64,000 bases of DNA from the human T2T-CHM13v2.0 reference genome, Homo sapiens, in the NCBI RefSeq assembly GCF_009914755.1, contig NC_060934.1, one strand, 5' to 3'. The stretch's first letter is position 1; each line of letters begins with the position of its first letter. Made by a program: the position numbers and the translations under genes. The notes beneath the pieces were generated by a model, which was not told the DNA's origin, made no database searches, and worked only from the letters and a program-made list of their open reading frames with translations. This document shows, in pieces, positions 61,020 to 64,000 of this stretch.

Positions 61020-62765
61020 GTACCTTACATGTATACTAGAGTAGAATGATTAAGTAAATGGGTGGCTGATGGTAGGAGACAGATTTCTCACTATTGGAGC
61101 AGGAGTTTTCAGATAAGCAAGGGCAGGAAGTTAGAATCATCCATGTAGTGATTCAACTGGAACCTAATACATCAATATAAACTCATGTTTAGCTTAATTA
61201 GATACGGATGGATACATATAGAAATATTTATAGATATGTGGATATATACAGGGTAGTATAAATACATACATTTTCTGGCTCTGTCAGCTGAGATGGCCTA
61301 CAAGCAAAAACACCCCAGTAGCAACATGTACACCTAGCACCTAGATCTTGGTTTCTCCATTCTCCAGTAAAAGGAACCAAGGCTCCATGGAGAAATGGCT
61401 AATTCTAGGATTGAGACAGAAAAATATACTAGATAAAGCATATACTAAAGCATATACTACATGCTTTAGTCTCTAAATATACTAGAGCATCTTGTAGTGC
61501 CAGAAAGTGAGAAAGTGCAAACACACATACACACATATACTGACAGTGGTATATCAAAAAGTCATACCAACTGAAAGAGCTCCCAGTGGCCAAAGCTGGA
61601 ACAACTTGAACAATAAAATAAATAAAGCAATAATAAGATTTTAACCCAAGGTATAAAATATCCATAAGTCCATACTAATATTTTAAAAATTGAATGGATA
61701 AATAAATGAGGAAGAAGAGACAAATCTTCCATGCAGAAGAAATCTAAATAATTTATACAGACACTTTGCCCTTGAGGAGGGGTATCATAACTCCCCATGC
61801 CTTAAGTGTAGGCTGCGCATATGTAACTTCCTTCCAAAGAGTACAGTATGTAAACAGAGGAGAAAAAAGAGTAACTTTGTAGTAAAGAAATACACAAACA
61901 CTACCTCAACCAGATGATCAAGGTCAATATCAACACTGATTAGTCATATTGACAGTATATCCCCTTAATATGATGTGATGAAAATGGTACTGCCAAGCAT
62001 AGTGGCACATGTCTGTAGTCCCAACTACTTGGGAGGCTGAAGTGGGAGGATTGCATGAGCCTAGGAGTTCAAGACCAGCCTAGGCAATACAGTGAGACTC
62101 TGTCTCTATTAAAAAAAAAAAAATTAGCCAGGTGTGGTGGCATGCATCTGTAGTCCCAGCTACTCAGGAAGCTAAGGAGGGAGGATCATGTGAGCCCAGG
62201 AGTTCAAGGCTGCAGTGAGCTGTCATCATACCACTGCACTCCAGCCTGGGTGACAGAGTGAGACACTGTCTCAAAAAAAGGAAAGCAAATTGTACTTCAC
62301 CTGCATGTTCTTCGTCCCAAAAATACAAAACCTCACTGTAACAATGACAAAAATACCAAACAGATATCAATAGAATGACATTCTACAAAATACCTGAACA
62401 ATACTCCTCAAAACTGTCAGTCATCAAAAACAAGAGATGAGAAGCTCAAGTCTAAGAAAATGCCAAAACCAAGAGGACCCTAAGGAGACGTGACAGCTAA
62501 ATGGGATCCCAAAACATTAGGTAAATAAAGTATGGACTTTAGTTAATGAAAATATATCAGTATTAGTTCATTAATTATAACAAATATACCATACTAATAT
62601 AAGGTGTTAAAAATAGGAAAAACTAAAAAAATAAATAAATTAAATAAAAATAGGAAAAACTAGAGGCAGCATTATGGGAACTCTCTATACTATCTTGGCA
62701 ATTTTTCTTTAAATCTGAAACTGTTTCAAAAATTCAAGTCTATATTTTAAAAAAGAAAGAAAAAA
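61020..62765 (+). mobile_element. L1MC/MD-like 3' UTR
   Basis: ctccagtaaaaggaaccaaggctcc, gagctcccagtggccaaagctggaacaa, and the terminus gggaactctctatactatcttggcaattttt. Confidence 0.75.
61990..62280 (+). mobile_element. Alu (J-like)
   Basis: Dimeric Alu within the L1 3' UTR. Confidence 0.85.
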
Positions 62766-64000
62766 AAGCTGTAGGAACTCTATCTCTGCATTAAGCGCCA
62801 CGGTCAGAGTTTGGTTTGCTAGATTCTCCTTGCTCTCCAGTCGCACACCTTGCTTTCTGAAGCTCAGGTGCCCTCGTGCAGCCCTGCTCCTCCTCCCCAG
62901 CCAGCCTTCTGGAGGGCAGCTTCCTTACATTCTGTGAAGGCCTGAAATGAATTAGAGCAGTTTCACTCACCTCTTCTGCCCTGTCCCCAGTCCTTGGTGG
63001 CTGAAAACATGGACTGCCAGAGTGTGGGGTGAGAGTTATTTCTAGCTCTTCCCCTGCCTGCAGCATTCCAGAACTGAAAGCCTGGAGAGCCTCTGCTGGA
63101 TTTTTCTCAGCAATCCTGCCTTCTAAGGGTGGTTGCCCTATACTTGGGAGAGGTTCCAAATGCCTCAGGTATTATCTATGCCAGTTCGTCACTGGCCCAG
63201 GCTTTTGGCTTACTACTCCTGAACATTCAGTGAACATCTGTGGGTAGGAGCTGGAGTGTGGGTGCATACTTGCTCTTTGGTGCCAGAGTTGCTAGGGCTT
63301 CTTAGGATCCTAACCTGTCAAACCAGCCCATACGTGGCCATTAAAAATCTGATTTTAAAAAAATGTGGCTGGTTTCTCCTTTCCCCTCATCTATGGTGGA
63401 TTCCTATTCCTTTGGTTGTTCCATCCTAGAGCAACCATGGGTTTCTTCTCCACTATGAAAGTTTGATTACTTTCTGGAGTTTGGTTCATTTAGGCTCCCT
63501 TGTATCCTCAGCTCTTCGATGGGTTTTTAGAAACCGTACTTCTTATCCTGCTTTTATAGGTTTTCAGTTACAAGAATGGCAATATCTTGTAATTTTGTAC
63601 ATCTGAAGAGGAAGCTGAATTCTTTCCCCAGACCTCGAATGGTTCACTCCCTCAGTACATTAAGGTCTCTGCTCAAAAGTCATCTTTTCAAAGCAGTTTC
63701 CCGTATTACACTATCTAAAGATTGACCAGATCTCAGTCACCCTTCATGCCTTCATCCTGCTCTACTCTTCTTCCATTGTCCTCATTTCCATCTGAAATGT
63801 ATTTGTCCCATTTTTTAACTGTCTCCTCCACAAGGGCAGGAATTTTATTTTTCTTATTTGTCAGTATAGCCCCAGCTATAAAACAATGATAGGGAGCAAA
63901 TATGATTCTTTATAAATTATAAGTTTAAGCTTGTTTTAAAACTAATTAACTAAACAGAAAGTTATTGTTGCATATTATAAAAGAAAAAGTACTTTCATGG

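Noticed and set aside
61434-61460. U6 snRNA fragment (gcatatactaaa)
   Set aside because: The match is only about 10 nt and is explained by the local templated duplication.

Overview
Human (primate) genomic DNA, very rich in Alu, L1 and L2 repeats. The main feature is an unprocessed, duplicated pseudogene of SHLD2/FAM35A (shieldin subunit 2) on the minus strand. It keeps eight coding-type exons from 46405 down to about 4900, all with GT-AG junctions, but carries five frameshifts and two nonsense changes. One intron holds a near-intact processed RHEB pseudogene (minus strand, 28912-30280) with a 12-bp TSD, a poly(A) tail, a single Q57* stop and a CpG-rich 5' end. This combination fits the 10q11.22 segmental-duplication copies, most likely SHLD2P1/RHEBP1; that assignment is from recall and SHLD2P3/RHEBP2 is the alternative. 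The window also has a full-length 7SL retrocopy split by a FLAM, a MER30, MLT1 LTRs, a ~220-bp local duplication bracketing two exons and several small templated duplications. No intact protein-coding gene was found. The leading hypothesis is that the broken gene still holds two separately open modules: a 188-aa N-terminal REV7/SHLD3-binding ORF and a 212-aa C-terminal OB-fold ORF. A second is that the ATG-containing exon has circRNA architecture with an in-frame back-splice junction. Neither is demonstrated. Comparisons to SHLD2, RHEB, 7SL and repeat consensus sequences are from memory, and repeat boundaries and subfamilies are approximate.
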